NCBI GenBank assembly: GCA_951406725.2
Contig: OX597833.1
Location: forward strand, 20,212,001 to 20,276,000
DNA: 64,000 nucleotides
From: Octopus vulgaris
Lineage: Eukaryota
Reading direction: 5' to 3'
Of this stretch, positions 63,771-64,000 are shown piece after piece. The position numbers and the translations under genes are program-made. The notes beneath the pieces are model-generated. The model had not been told where the DNA came from and did no database searches. It worked only from the letters and a program-made list of their open reading frames with translations. How positions within the stretch are numbered: position 1 is the first letter of the stretch; the number at the start of each line of letters is the position of its first letter.

Positions 63771-64000
63771 CAAGTCTACTTTGAATGTATTTCACATAAA
63801 AAAAGCATAGATACATTAACATGGTGTAGAAAGTTTCTTAACCATTTGTTATTAAGAAAGCATGGCAGTATGATATGAAACGTTTTTCTTTTGATCCGAG
63901 TAGATAACAAGAACAAAACAGAGAGAGAGAGATACAGGGACATAGCAGAAAATAAAATCCTGAGGCATTGGTTTCCAATAGGTTGCCAATTATCACATGA

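Overview
AT-rich, repeat-saturated eukaryotic DNA with no recognisable host exon. The SINE families and microsatellite load resemble an Octopus/coleoid cephalopod genome (inference from recalled repeat sequences, not verified). Almost all long ORFs in the track are microsatellite or SINE artefacts. Real coding remnants are all transposon-derived: Merlin/IS1595, Tc1, mariner, pogo/Tigger, Dong/R4, CR1, RTE, a Tx1/L1-like 3' end, and a GC-rich R2-A-type fragment. The main find is a near-perfect 360-bp tandem array at 47746-49644. Each unit carries a Schistosoma-like type I hammerhead ribozyme with a palindromic stem III and a non-canonical core (CCGACGA; U.U at the base of stem II). This is a candidate cephalopod non-LTR retrozyme that could yield a ~360-nt circular RNA. 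It sits in a (TA)n tract and has an internal inversion. Second, a 3'-truncated R2-A element that retains its 5' region lies outside rDNA, inside a hAT MITE. Also seen: several minimal Penelope-type hammerhead relics, short locally templated insertions and a tight cluster of Merlin MITEs. Repeat boundaries were read by eye and are approximate unless a TIR or TSD is quoted.
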